A DNA stretch of 64,000 nt from IMG/VR virus record IMGVR_UViG_3300009619_000001, positions 673 through 64,672 of that record; one strand, 5' to 3'. A program made the translations under genes and the position numbers. Shown one piece after another: positions 18,546 through 26,619 of this stretch (positions are counted from its first letter, which is position 1; every line of letters starts with the position of its first letter). The DNA comes from a virus (lineage: Duplodnaviria > Caudoviricetes). The notes below the pieces were generated by a model. It ran no database searches, was not told where the DNA came from, and saw nothing but the letters and a program-made list of their open reading frames with translations.

Positions 18546-18709
18546 AGAAAAGAAAAGCAATACTCGTAGGTTCTGCAGACAGATCCAGAGTTAAGAAGAG
18601 AAGAAGACGGATCGGTACGTTTACGTCTGCTGTTGCACAATTTGCACGACAAAAATTAAAAGCTATGACTCCTTGGGAAAGGATGGTAGCTGACGTATCT
18701 AAACTGTAG
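18542..18709 (+). CDS. Small very basic protein (55 aa)
   Basis: Manual translation MKKRKAILVGSADRSRVKKRRRRIGTFTSAVAQFARQKLKAMTPWERMVADVSKL; ATGA overlap with the upstream gene. Confidence 0.55.
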   Translation: MKKRKAILVGSADRSRVKKRRRRIGTFTSAVAQFARQKLKAMTPWERMVADVSKL

Positions 18710-18805
18710 GCCTTGAGGCTGTGAGGTGGCTCGTTGCTACCTACAGTTACTAATTAATGTCTTACAGGTTTAAACAAAAGACGTTAAACTTTCCTGAGAA
18801 TTATT

Positions 18806-19060
18806 ATGGCTACAATTAAAATGTATAACTGGAAAGGAAGAGAAGTAGTAAACATGAAAAGCAAAGACGGTAGACGTGTTATGCTGTTTACTAACAAATA
18901 CACTAAAATTCCTAAAAACATAATCAATCTTGGTGCTAAAAGCTTACGAGGTTGGTTATTAAAACAAGACAATCTTAAAGTCGTTACAGTATATCAAGAC
19001 GACAACAAGATTAATTTAAGTCTTGTAACTAAAAAGTATTATCAATCTTATAAAAAATAA
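18806..19060 (+). CDS. Hypothetical early protein
   Basis: 84 aa ORF with AT-rich leader, co-oriented with the operon. Confidence 0.6.
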   Translation: MATIKMYNWKGREVVNMKSKDGRRVMLFTNKYTKIPKNIINLGAKSLRGWLLKQDNLKVVTVYQDDNKINLSLVTKKYYQSYKK

Positions 19061-19063
19061 GTT

Positions 19064-19288
19064 ATGAGTAGAGACTGGTGGGATTCGCTACCATATCACC
19101 CAGCGAACCAAAAAGATGACGATCAAGACAATTATGATCTTGATGAAGAAGATTTAATTAATAAGATAGAAGAAGAAGTGGATTCACTTATTAAATTATA
19201 TCAGAAAGAGACGGGTGAACACGTAAATAAAGACGATGTTGAGCTGCTCAATTTAATTAATCAATTAAAAGAAAGGCTAGACCTATGA
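19064..19288 (+). CDS. Hypothetical acidic early protein
   Basis: 74 aa, closely packed in the operon. Confidence 0.6.
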   Translation: MSRDWWDSLPYHPANQKDDDQDNYDLDEEDLINKIEEEVDSLIKLYQKETGEHVNKDDVELLNLINQLKERLDL

Positions 19289-19518
19289 AGAAAACTGTAA
19301 AGAATTTACTAAACAGTCAGACTAAAGACTTAAGAGATCTTAAAAACTTTATGTTTGCAAAAGATTATTGGAAGTTTGTTGATAAAAACAGTCATTCTGT
19401 TGAAAACGCTATCAATAACTCATTAAATATTGGCAGAAAGTCTGTCAAGACAGCTACAATCATATCATCCAGTATTGGTTTGTTTGTAGGTGGACTATTA
19501 GGAACTATATTCGAATAA
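19285..19518 (+). CDS. Early protein with C-terminal TM anchor
   Basis: Ends IISSSIGLFVGGLLGTIFE; ATGA overlap with the upstream gene. Confidence 0.6.
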   Translation: MKKTVKNLLNSQTKDLRDLKNFMFAKDYWKFVDKNSHSVENAINNSLNIGRKSVKTATIISSSIGLFVGGLLGTIFE

Positions 19519-19520
19519 TT

Positions 19521-19610
19521 ATGGATACAGTATTATTTATAGCAACATTTTTAGCCGTAGCATTTGTATGCTGGGTATCTAAAGAAGATGTTACAGACTA
19601 TTATGACTAA
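19521..19610 (+). CDS. 29-aa single-TM peptide
   Basis: Manual translation MDTVLFIATFLAVAFVCWVSKEDVTDYYD; starts 2 nt after the upstream stop. Confidence 0.45.
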   Translation: MDTVLFIATFLAVAFVCWVSKEDVTDYYD

Positions 19611-19637
19611 AAAGTTTAACCTTTAAAACCATCAAAA

Positions 19638-19811
19638 ATGACTGTTACTGTTTGGATTAAACGAGAAGTTGTGTTAAATTGGGATCATTTTAAAGACAAC
19701 TTAGAAGAGATATACCAAATAACAACTAAAGAGCCTGGCGACTTAGACATGGTTCAAGTAAATATCTCATTTGACTTATACAAGGAAATATTAACCTCAT
19801 CACCTAGATAA
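19638..19811 (+). CDS. Hypothetical protein (57 aa)
   Basis: Manual translation MTVTVWIKREVVLNWDHF...; fills the gap before 19813. Confidence 0.5.
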   Translation: MTVTVWIKREVVLNWDHFKDNLEEIYQITTKEPGDLDMVQVNISFDLYKEILTSSPR

Positions 19812-19812
19812 A

Positions 19813-20142
19813 ATGAAAAATAAAAACATATTCCTACATGATGGGAAAAGAAAAGTAGAGCCTATGTCTAAAGAGCTCGCTAAAAAAGTAAACGCTAAAA
19901 AGTCTTACGAAAGACATTATGAAAAGGATCATATATTAAAAATCCTTGACGAAATCCCAGATAAACCTATTGGTTATTTTACAGAAAGAACATCTGGTAA
20001 CATAATTCAAACTACTGACGAAAAAGGCATGATTGCAGTAAATGACTTTGTCTTACAGTTTGGTAAAATAGCTCCTAAAACAGAGTTTTCAGGTTATCAT
20101 GTTAACAGTTTAACTAATGATCTAAGTAAAATACTAAAGTAA
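19813..20142 (+). CDS. Hypothetical early protein
   Basis: 109 aa ORF in a tightly packed operon. Confidence 0.6.
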   Translation: MKNKNIFLHDGKRKVEPMSKELAKKVNAKKSYERHYEKDHILKILDEIPDKPIGYFTERTSGNIIQTTDEKGMIAVNDFVLQFGKIAPKTEFSGYHVNSLTNDLSKILK

Positions 20143-20426
20143 TGGAACGCAAAACTATTTGGAACTGCAAGTACAAGATCAGAGTTTGGAAAGAAGTGTT
20201 TTCTAATAAGACTAAATCTACTAAGCTGTCTCATTTATATAAAGAATATAACGTAGAAGGCTTATTAAAAGGTAATTGTCTAAACGATTTGAAAAGCGAA
20301 AAGATAAATAGTTACGCATTCGGTCAATTAAAAGAAAAATACTCTGGTAAATACTCTTGCAAAGTGCAGATTATTGGAGATGTTGAAAGGCTTTCTTCTC
20401 ATGGCCTTACAAATTATGAGATATAA
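20142..20426 (+). CDS. Hypothetical early protein
   Basis: 94 aa, TAATG-coupled to the upstream gene. Confidence 0.6.
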   Translation: MERKTIWNCKYKIRVWKEVFSNKTKSTKLSHLYKEYNVEGLLKGNCLNDLKSEKINSYAFGQLKEKYSGKYSCKVQIIGDVERLSSHGLTNYEI

Positions 20427-20449
20427 CCAAATCACTTAATTCATTTATT

Positions 20450-21376
20450 ATGAAAAATTCTAAATTAGTAGAAATCGGATTAGATTTCACAGTATCAAAA
20501 AGACCTTTAGTTAGAATAGACAAAGAAGTTTCTGTTAACGAACAAGGTCAATTAGCAACTAACGACAAGATAGTAGAGACAGACTGGTTTGCAACTACTA
20601 ATGACTCTACAGATGAATCTCTCGGTGTTGTAGGTAAGAGCTATACTCTTACGCAGAACGAAGAAATCATTAGAGTCTTGGAAAAAGTAGCCCAAGACAA
20701 TGACTACACCATAAGCCACTCAGGGCCTATTAACGGTGGTCGTCAATGCTTTGTGCAATTTCGTCTTAACGAAGAAGTAGAAGTAGCAGAAGACACCTTA
20801 GTTAAATATGTTGTCGCAACATGGGGACATGATGGTAAGCATGGTGTTAGAATAGGATATGGTAATCAGGTGGTTAGTTGTGCTAATCAATTTTACCAGT
20901 TCCACAATAACGCACAGCACAAGCTTAGACATAGTGCATCTATTACTGAACAACTTGCTGCTATTCCTCAAATACTTAATCAGTATAAAGAAGAGGAGAA
21001 TCTTATGTATCAGAAGTTCCAAGAATGGTCTAAAGTTGAAATCTGGACTGAAAGACATCTTATGGATTTTAGAAATAACTTATGGAAAGATCTTATGAGT
21101 ATAGACAGATCATTGTCTCACGATGAGTATGTTAAACAATACTCTACTCGTAAAATTAATTCTGCAATGCAATTACAGCAGTCTATTAACACCGAAATGC
21201 AACTGCATGGTCAAACCCTTTGGGGATTGTTTAACGGTGTTACACACTATGTAAACCATAAAAAATCTGTTCCTAACAGACCATTTGGTAGAGACGAGTC
21301 TTTAATTGTAGGTGGTGGCGCTAAAATGGCCAACAAAGCCTTCAAAATGATAGACAATTTCGCAGCTACATTGTAA
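20450..21376 (+). CDS. DUF932/DUF945-family (TIGR03299-like) phage/plasmid protein
   Basis: LGVVGKSYTLTQNEE, VVSCANQ, KLRHSAS and GQTLWGLFNGVTHY motifs are characteristic of this family. Confidence 0.8.
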   Translation: MKNSKLVEIGLDFTVSKRPLVRIDKEVSVNEQGQLATNDKIVETDWFATTNDSTDESLGVVGKSYTLTQNEEIIRVLEKVAQDNDYTISHSGPINGGRQCFVQFRLNEEVEVAEDTLVKYVVATWGHDGKHGVRIGYGNQVVSCANQFYQFHNNAQHKLRHSASITEQLAAIPQILNQYKEEENLMYQKFQEWSKVEIWTERHLMDFRNNLWKDLMSIDRSLSHDEYVKQYSTRKINSAMQLQQSINTEMQLHGQTLWGLFNGVTHYVNHKKSVPNRPFGRDESLIVGGGAKMANKAFKMIDNFAATL

Positions 21377-21397
21377 TTTATAAGTACATTTATTAAT

Positions 21398-21423
21398 AAA
21401 GGGGAGCTTCGGCTCCCTTTTTT
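21398..21423 (+). terminator. Intrinsic terminator
   Basis: AAAGGGGAGC-TTCG-GCTCCCTTTTTT after the DUF932 gene. Confidence 0.85.
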
Positions 21424-21435
21424 AACCTTTAAATT

Positions 21436-21570
21436 ATGGACTTAACTAAGGCAGAAATAGATATAGCAATAAGAGCATTGCAAGACATGATAAGATGGTC
21501 TGACAGAATAGGAAGCGATGAAATTGCTGAATTAGACTACGTTATTAACCTTTTAAAAAAAGAATCATGA
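21436..21570 (+). CDS. Hypothetical protein (44 aa)
   Basis: Manual translation MDLTKAEIDIAIRALQDMIRW...; ATGA-coupled to the next ORF. Confidence 0.5.
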   Translation: MDLTKAEIDIAIRALQDMIRWSDRIGSDEIAELDYVINLLKKES

Positions 21571-21728
21571 GTTTAGAAGAAGAGGTTAGAGAAAGGTTAG
21601 AGTGGTACGATGGAGGTGACGGTGTAGAATTTGAGTTATGGATAGATCCAGAAACTGAAATAATATACGAAGTTCCATTATACATTAAAAGAGACTTTAA
21701 AAACAGTAAACAATGGGGAGCATTATGA
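21567..21728 (+). CDS. Hypothetical acidic protein (53 aa)
   Basis: Manual translation MSLEEEVRERLEWYDGGDGVEFELWIDPETE...; ATGA overlaps on both sides. Confidence 0.55.
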   Translation: MSLEEEVRERLEWYDGGDGVEFELWIDPETEIIYEVPLYIKRDFKNSKQWGAL

Positions 21729-22234
21729 AGGAGAAACATAAAGTAATAGCGACTTACGATTACGCAGAATACATGATAAGTTATATTAATCATTATCTGG
21801 AGTCTGAAAGTAATCTAAAAGAGTTTAAAGACTACTATCAGCATTATATTTTAGAAGATTATAATACTGTTGGTAACTTAGAAATATCCGAAATCACTAA
21901 AGACATTGTAGAAGAATGTGTTTACATGGATGACTGGATAATGCCTGAAGATCATTATAGAGACTTTGAAAACGACATGGATTATTTCCACAAATATGTC
22001 GGTAAAGAAGTATTTATAGAAGGTAGAAATATGGGGTGGCAAAACAGATCTGGAGACGGAACTATAACGCTTTCAGAATCAATGGATTTGTTTAACGACA
22101 TTACCCCTAAAGCTACAGATTTTACATACTATATATATAAACTATCCTCAGACAGTGATAATGTATATAGAGTTACAATTTCACATCACGACTCTCCGAC
22201 TGGAGAAAGTTATACTATAACCTTTAAAAACTAA
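21725..22234 (+). CDS. Hypothetical acidic phage protein
   Basis: Probable start at 21725 (ATGA overlap); IEGRNMGWQNRSG and ISHHDSPTGE motifs of a recurrent phage early family. Confidence 0.65.
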   Translation: MKEKHKVIATYDYAEYMISYINHYLESESNLKEFKDYYQHYILEDYNTVGNLEISEITKDIVEECVYMDDWIMPEDHYRDFENDMDYFHKYVGKEVFIEGRNMGWQNRSGDGTITLSESMDLFNDITPKATDFTYYIYKLSSDSDNVYRVTISHHDSPTGESYTITFKN

Positions 22235-22238
22235 AACT

Positions 22239-22436
22239 ATGGATTTAGAAGAAATGTGCATGATTTACGCTGAATTTTTAGATGCTTTATACGAAAAAAT
22301 GAGCGATGAAGAAAAAGATAAATTTGAATCATTGTTTGACGACTTAGAAGAAAAGCTAGACAAGCTTAAAGAAAAACAAGATGCTAAAGTATTATCTTTA
22401 TTATTTAACCAAATGGGTAACGACTATAAAAACTAA
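22239..22436 (+). CDS. Hypothetical helical protein
   Basis: 65 aa ORF in operon. Confidence 0.55.
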   Translation: MDLEEMCMIYAEFLDALYEKMSDEEKDKFESLFDDLEEKLDKLKEKQDAKVLSLLFNQMGNDYKN

Positions 22437-22441
22437 ACACT

Positions 22442-22783
22442 ATGGGAGCAGAAGTATTTGAAATTGTAACGGTAGGTAGATTTAAATCTGCAAGCGAAGC
22501 ATATTCGCATGAATGCGCAGAAGCAGAGTATTACAGTGGACATGATCCATACAACGGTACTATTAGTACTACAGATGGATGCTGTAGAAGAACAGGCTTT
22601 CCAAGATACGGAACCAGAAAGTTTGATGGTTGGATTGGAAAAGAAATAGATTCTATGGATAAACGAGAATGTAGATTTGTAGAACTTGAAGGCGCTGCAT
22701 TAAAAAAATTAAAAGAAAAGCATGGATATAAAGGTAAAAAAGGCATTAAAGCTTTTTGCTTTTATGGATGGGCTGCATGTTAA
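22442..22783 (+). CDS. Hypothetical phage protein
   Basis: 113 aa; GHDPYNGTISTT and FYGWAAC motifs of a recurrent phage family. Confidence 0.65.
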   Translation: MGAEVFEIVTVGRFKSASEAYSHECAEAEYYSGHDPYNGTISTTDGCCRRTGFPRYGTRKFDGWIGKEIDSMDKRECRFVELEGAALKKLKEKHGYKGKKGIKAFCFYGWAAC

Positions 22784-22792
22784 ACGAGAGCA

Positions 22793-22945
22793 CCAAGCGT
22801 GAGTTGGGCGTAAAAAGTCCTACCCTAGGAAAGTAGGCAATATATTTCTAACGGGATTTAGAAATTAGTGTGAGATGTGGGGCGGCTGGGGGGCTGCTCC
22901 ACTCTTAAACTAATAATGATATGGTGTAAACCGTAATCATTATTA
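22793..22945 (+). ncRNA. Intergenic array of five consecutive hairpins (candidate ncRNA or cis element)
   Basis: CCAA/TTGG; CCTAC/GTAGG; TTTCTAA/TTAGAAA; GTGGGGCGGC/GCTGCTCCAC; TAATAATGAT-ATGGT-GTAA-ACCGT-A-ATCATTATTA. Confidence 0.45.
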
Positions 22946-23026
22946 TTGCGTATAAAAACTTTGTAAATGAGTTCATGCGCTAATCTAATCAACTATTTAT
23001 TCTAACGTGTTAAATAACTGTTAATT

Positions 23027-23473
23027 ATGAACTATTTTAAAACAGAAACTAAATTCTTGTCAGAAAATGACGAAGCTCAGTTTCATCAAGCTGTAGACTT
23101 TATTTCTGATCTTTTACAAATTAAACCAGAAATGCTTGCTAAGAAAAGTAGGAATAAAGCTAGCGTTATGGCTAGACATTCTTTGGCTTACTACCTTAGA
23201 AAGCATACAGAGTTTCCTCTTGAGTATATAGGGGCTATGATGAACAAGCATCATGCAACTATTATTCACAGCATAAAGTTTATAACTGATTATTCTTCTT
23301 ACGATCCTTACATAAGGATGCTGAAAGAAAGTATAGATAATAAATTTAAACCAGATCATTTTTCTTTTAGAAAAGAAATTATGAAATGTATAAAGTCTCA
23401 GACTACGGACTCAAGTAAGGCAGAAAATATATTAACTTTATTTCACCAATACGCAAAAAAATCATTAACCTAA
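23027..23473 (+). CDS. Stand-alone DnaA C-terminal (domain IV) HTH protein
   Basis: KSRNKASVMARHSLAYYLRKHTEFPLEYIGAMMNKHHATIIHSIK follows the DnaA domain IV pattern (ARQIAMYL...SLPEIG...RDHTTVLHA); no AAA+ domain. Confidence 0.8.
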   Translation: MNYFKTETKFLSENDEAQFHQAVDFISDLLQIKPEMLAKKSRNKASVMARHSLAYYLRKHTEFPLEYIGAMMNKHHATIIHSIKFITDYSSYDPYIRMLKESIDNKFKPDHFSFRKEIMKCIKSQTTDSSKAENILTLFHQYAKKSLT

Positions 23474-23485
23474 AAACAATTAATT

Positions 23486-23767
23486 ATGAGAGACACAAGT
23501 TTAGAAGCTTATACTGAATTAGTACAATTAGGTAAGCTACAAGAAATGGAACGAAAAGTAATTAACGCTATGGTAAACCTGAAAGGTGCAGCCACTAACT
23601 ATGAAATAGCAGAATACTTAAAGATTCCAATTAATCAAGTTACAGGTAGAACTCATTCTCTTTGCAGAAAAGATTTAATCTACCCCAACGGAAAGATTAA
23701 AAACAAAGTTACTGGCAAACAAAACTGGCAGTACAAATTACACACTACATTGTTTAACTTTAAATAA
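23486..23767 (+). CDS. Winged-HTH DNA-binding protein
   Basis: ATNYEIAEYLKIPINQVTGRTHSL helix-turn-helix pattern. Confidence 0.65.
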   Translation: MRDTSLEAYTELVQLGKLQEMERKVINAMVNLKGAATNYEIAEYLKIPINQVTGRTHSLCRKDLIYPNGKIKNKVTGKQNWQYKLHTTLFNFK

Positions 23768-23772
23768 TTGCT

Positions 23773-24051
23773 ATGAAAAAAGTAAGAATAAGTACAAGGA
23801 AAATCTACTACAACTACGCTCAAGTAGATGTTTTTGTTCCTAATACTGTACAAGACGAAGATCTTCAAGAGTATCTTGATGCAAATGAAGATTTATATAC
23901 TGATTCTATAGATGAACAATTAAGTTATCATTACATGGAATTTGGTTTTGGACTTGATCAGCCTGGAATGTGTGAAAAAGATCAAGAAACCGAATGGAGA
24001 TATGATTTACTTGATGAAAACAACGATCCTACATACGGAGGACATTTATAA
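23773..24051 (+). CDS. Hypothetical acidic protein
   Basis: 92 aa ORF in operon. Confidence 0.6.
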   Translation: MKKVRISTRKIYYNYAQVDVFVPNTVQDEDLQEYLDANEDLYTDSIDEQLSYHYMEFGFGLDQPGMCEKDQETEWRYDLLDENNDPTYGGHL

Positions 24052-24079
24052 CCAAACATTAACTTAAAACCTAAACATT

Positions 24080-24787
24080 ATGCCAAATTGGTGCTACAAC
24101 ACACTTAGTGTGTCAGGAAATGAAAAGAACATGAAAAAGTTCTACGATTCACTTTCTCAAAAATTTAAAGAAGGTGATTGCGATTATAAAAACGAAATAT
24201 TACTTGACTTTAACGACTTCGTTCCTATGCCTAAATCTTTAGATATTACGTCTGGATCATCTGTAGTTAACGCTCTTAAAGTAATAAATAAAGAGGCTGA
24301 CTTTGATGATTACCCAAATCTAAAAGATAAAGACTATGAAGAGGCTAGAATTTACATTAGCAATGTAGAAAAGTACGGTCATGGTGACTGGTACAGTTGG
24401 TCTTACGATAATTGGGGAACAAAGTGGAACGCTTCTAGCGTTTATGTTTCCAATAAAGATGAAGACTTTTGCATGATTTCTTTTGAATCTGCTTGGGCTC
24501 CACCAATACCTGTAATAGACGCTCTTATGGAGCAACATCCTGAATTAAATGTAGAATTAGAATACTCTGAACCAGGTATGGAATTTGCTGGTAAATACGG
24601 TAGACAAGGAGGTCATACTTACAACTATGAAGGTGAGCTCTTGTACTTTGCAGATTGCTGTGATAGACCTGAGTTTACTGAAGAGCATTACGAAAAATGC
24701 GAAAAAGAAGGTAAAGACGCATGGGAAACCTGCCCTACATGTGGAGACTCTTGTGAGTTTAATGAAGAAATTGTTTATCCTAACTAA
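24080..24787 (+). CDS. YubB/DUF1281 (Api92-like) ferredoxin-like protein with Cys-rich tail
   Basis: MPNWCYNTL start, WSYDNWGTKWNA, FESAWAPP and YSEPGMEFAG motifs; C-terminal CC...C...CPTC...C. Confidence 0.75.
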   Translation: MPNWCYNTLSVSGNEKNMKKFYDSLSQKFKEGDCDYKNEILLDFNDFVPMPKSLDITSGSSVVNALKVINKEADFDDYPNLKDKDYEEARIYISNVEKYGHGDWYSWSYDNWGTKWNASSVYVSNKDEDFCMISFESAWAPPIPVIDALMEQHPELNVELEYSEPGMEFAGKYGRQGGHTYNYEGELLYFADCCDRPEFTEEHYEKCEKEGKDAWETCPTCGDSCEFNEEIVYPN

Positions 24788-24800
24788 AAACTAAAACAAA

Positions 24801-25220
24801 ATGAAAAAGTTAATTTTATTACTTGCTTTATTAGCAAGCAGCGCAACATTTGCGCAAGACTATTACATGGCTAAACACTCTGAAAAATGGGAGTATAATT
24901 ACCGATTAGGTAAGTACAGAGAAGTAGATGCTACTATAGAGTATACACGCATGATTCTACATAGAGAGTGGTTTTCCTTAGAAAAAACAGAAGACAACTT
25001 TGTAATGTGGGAATGGGTTTATTTTGAACACATTGAAAATTTAGGGGAGTGTTATATTGTTGAAGGAGACAACGCAATGGGTTGTATAAATTCCGATGAC
25101 AATAAGTTTTTCTTATTTGTAAACTTTAACGAAGAAACTGAAAAGTGGGATGATGCTTTAGTATTGTCTGACATACACAAAATCCCTTCATTTCAAGTAG
25201 ACTGGAGGTCTAACAAGTAA
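24801..25220 (+). CDS. Secreted/periplasmic early protein
   Basis: Classical signal peptide MKKLILLLALLASSATFA|QD. Confidence 0.65.
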   Translation: MKKLILLLALLASSATFAQDYYMAKHSEKWEYNYRLGKYREVDATIEYTRMILHREWFSLEKTEDNFVMWEWVYFEHIENLGECYIVEGDNAMGCINSDDNKFFLFVNFNEETEKWDDALVLSDIHKIPSFQVDWRSNK

Positions 25221-25241
25221 ATTAATTAAAACCAAAATCAC

Positions 25242-25619
25242 ATGAAAAATCAAATCAAATTTTCAAAAGGTATTGTTGAAGCTGTAGTAGACAAAAACCA
25301 AAACGCTGGTATTAACATATTGTTAACGCCAGAAGACATAAAAGCATTTGCAACGCCAAAGGGTTATGTTCCTGTATCTATAAGGTTAGGCGAGAACGGT
25401 AAGTATTACGCTTTTAGATCAACACAAAGAATAGCTCCTGTCAAGGAAGATATTGTAGATGATTTTTACGATCTTGCAAGAATATCTGTAGAGGAAGCTA
25501 AATACCAAGATTTAGATGCTGTATCTGAGTCTCTTCATCAGAATGAATATAAAGAGTCAGTTCATATAAACGACATTATTAAGTCTGTTACTGAACAATA
25601 TATTAACGATAAAAAGTAA
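25242..25619 (+). CDS. Hypothetical protein
   Basis: 125 aa ORF with AT-rich leader. Confidence 0.6.
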   Translation: MKNQIKFSKGIVEAVVDKNQNAGINILLTPEDIKAFATPKGYVPVSIRLGENGKYYAFRSTQRIAPVKEDIVDDFYDLARISVEEAKYQDLDAVSESLHQNEYKESVHINDIIKSVTEQYINDKK

Positions 25620-25622
25620 ATT

Positions 25623-25820
25623 ATGGACTACATTATTAACGGAGTATTTTGCCTAACTTTGGCTCTTGCCATTTATAATACTATGATATTCATAGTTGAC
25701 GCTGTAAACGCCACTATAGATGGTATAGAGAATGGTGAGGCATTTATAGACAATAGACACTTTATATTAGGGTGGTCACTTGTATTATTAACTTACTTTA
25801 TAAAATCAGTTACATTATGA
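25623..25820 (+). CDS. Small two-TM membrane protein
   Basis: Two hydrophobic stretches in 65 aa. Confidence 0.55.
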   Translation: MDYIINGVFCLTLALAIYNTMIFIVDAVNATIDGIENGEAFIDNRHFILGWSLVLLTYFIKSVTL

Positions 25821-26062
25821 AAATAGGAGCAAAATTAATAGATGTCAGAAACATGACAAATGCAGAAATAAAAAACGAAGGATGGGATTATATGTGTTCA
25901 GAACTAGATCTCATTAAAGTTTTAGTCTTTGACGATGGGAGCGTAATATATCCATCTATGGATTACGAGGGTAATGGCCCTGGAGCTATATTTGGCTACA
26001 CAAAGCATATTACACGAAAGAATGGTGTAAAAAACAATAAAATTGAACATTTTGCAATTTGA
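25817..26062 (+). CDS. Hypothetical phage protein (81 aa)
   Basis: Probable start MKIGAK at 25817 (ATGA overlap); SMDYEGNGPGAIFG motif. Confidence 0.65.
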   Translation: MKIGAKLIDVRNMTNAEIKNEGWDYMCSELDLIKVLVFDDGSVIYPSMDYEGNGPGAIFGYTKHITRKNGVKNNKIEHFAI

Positions 26063-26405
26063 TTGAAGTAGTAGCAATATCGTATGAAGGAGCTTTACGT
26101 CAGTCTGGGTTAGATCAAGAAGTCGTTTACGAATCTTGCATTCCAGATAAGGCAAACTCTGCTATATGGATACAACGCTTACAGCGAATAAACAGAAATA
26201 TAGGCATGACTCCTCGCCTACGTGGGTTACACGGTGAAGTTAAAATCCGATACGGAAAGCTTCTTATAGAGGATTACAATAACTGTAAATCTGGTTACAT
26301 CGTTATGGAGCTTTCTGGTGCCGAGCTGAAGCGGTACAAGGAAGAAAATGGCTACAAATGGAGCCGACAAAAAGTCTTCAGATTTCTAACCTTAAAATAA
26401 CCATT

Positions 26406-26594
26406 ATGTTTAAGAAAATTATGTCAAACTCCGTGTCTAGACTATTGTTTCAGGCAGGGGTAATTTACGCTGGCCTTGCTTTCATGAGCCAAATGATTAT
26501 GGTGATTACAGCCATGTATGCGCCATACGTTATTGGTGCTTTATTAGTTATCATATCTGTGCTAAATATTAAGCTACAAGACTTGTCTAAATAA
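26406..26594 (+). CDS. Small two-TM membrane protein
   Basis: Probable start MFKKIM at 26406; hydrophobic. Confidence 0.55.
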   Translation: MFKKIMSNSVSRLLFQAGVIYAGLAFMSQMIMVITAMYAPYVIGALLVIISVLNIKLQDLSK

Positions 26595-26619
26595 CTAATA
26601 ATCACTATCTTCACATGCC

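Noticed and set aside
18365-18652. 95-aa minus-strand ORF from the track
   Set aside because: It is the shadow of two coupled plus-strand ORFs (18384-18545, 18542-18709) that fit operon orientation.
23262-23270. DnaA box TTATTCACA inside the DnaA-domain-IV gene
   Set aside because: Single 9-mer produced by the I-I-H codons; expected by chance in AT-rich DNA, with no cluster of boxes noticed.
26063-26400. Group I intron or hammerhead ribozyme
   Set aside because: No P7 R/S consensus, the segment does not interrupt a gene, and CTGAAGC...GAAA does not match the CUGANGA core.
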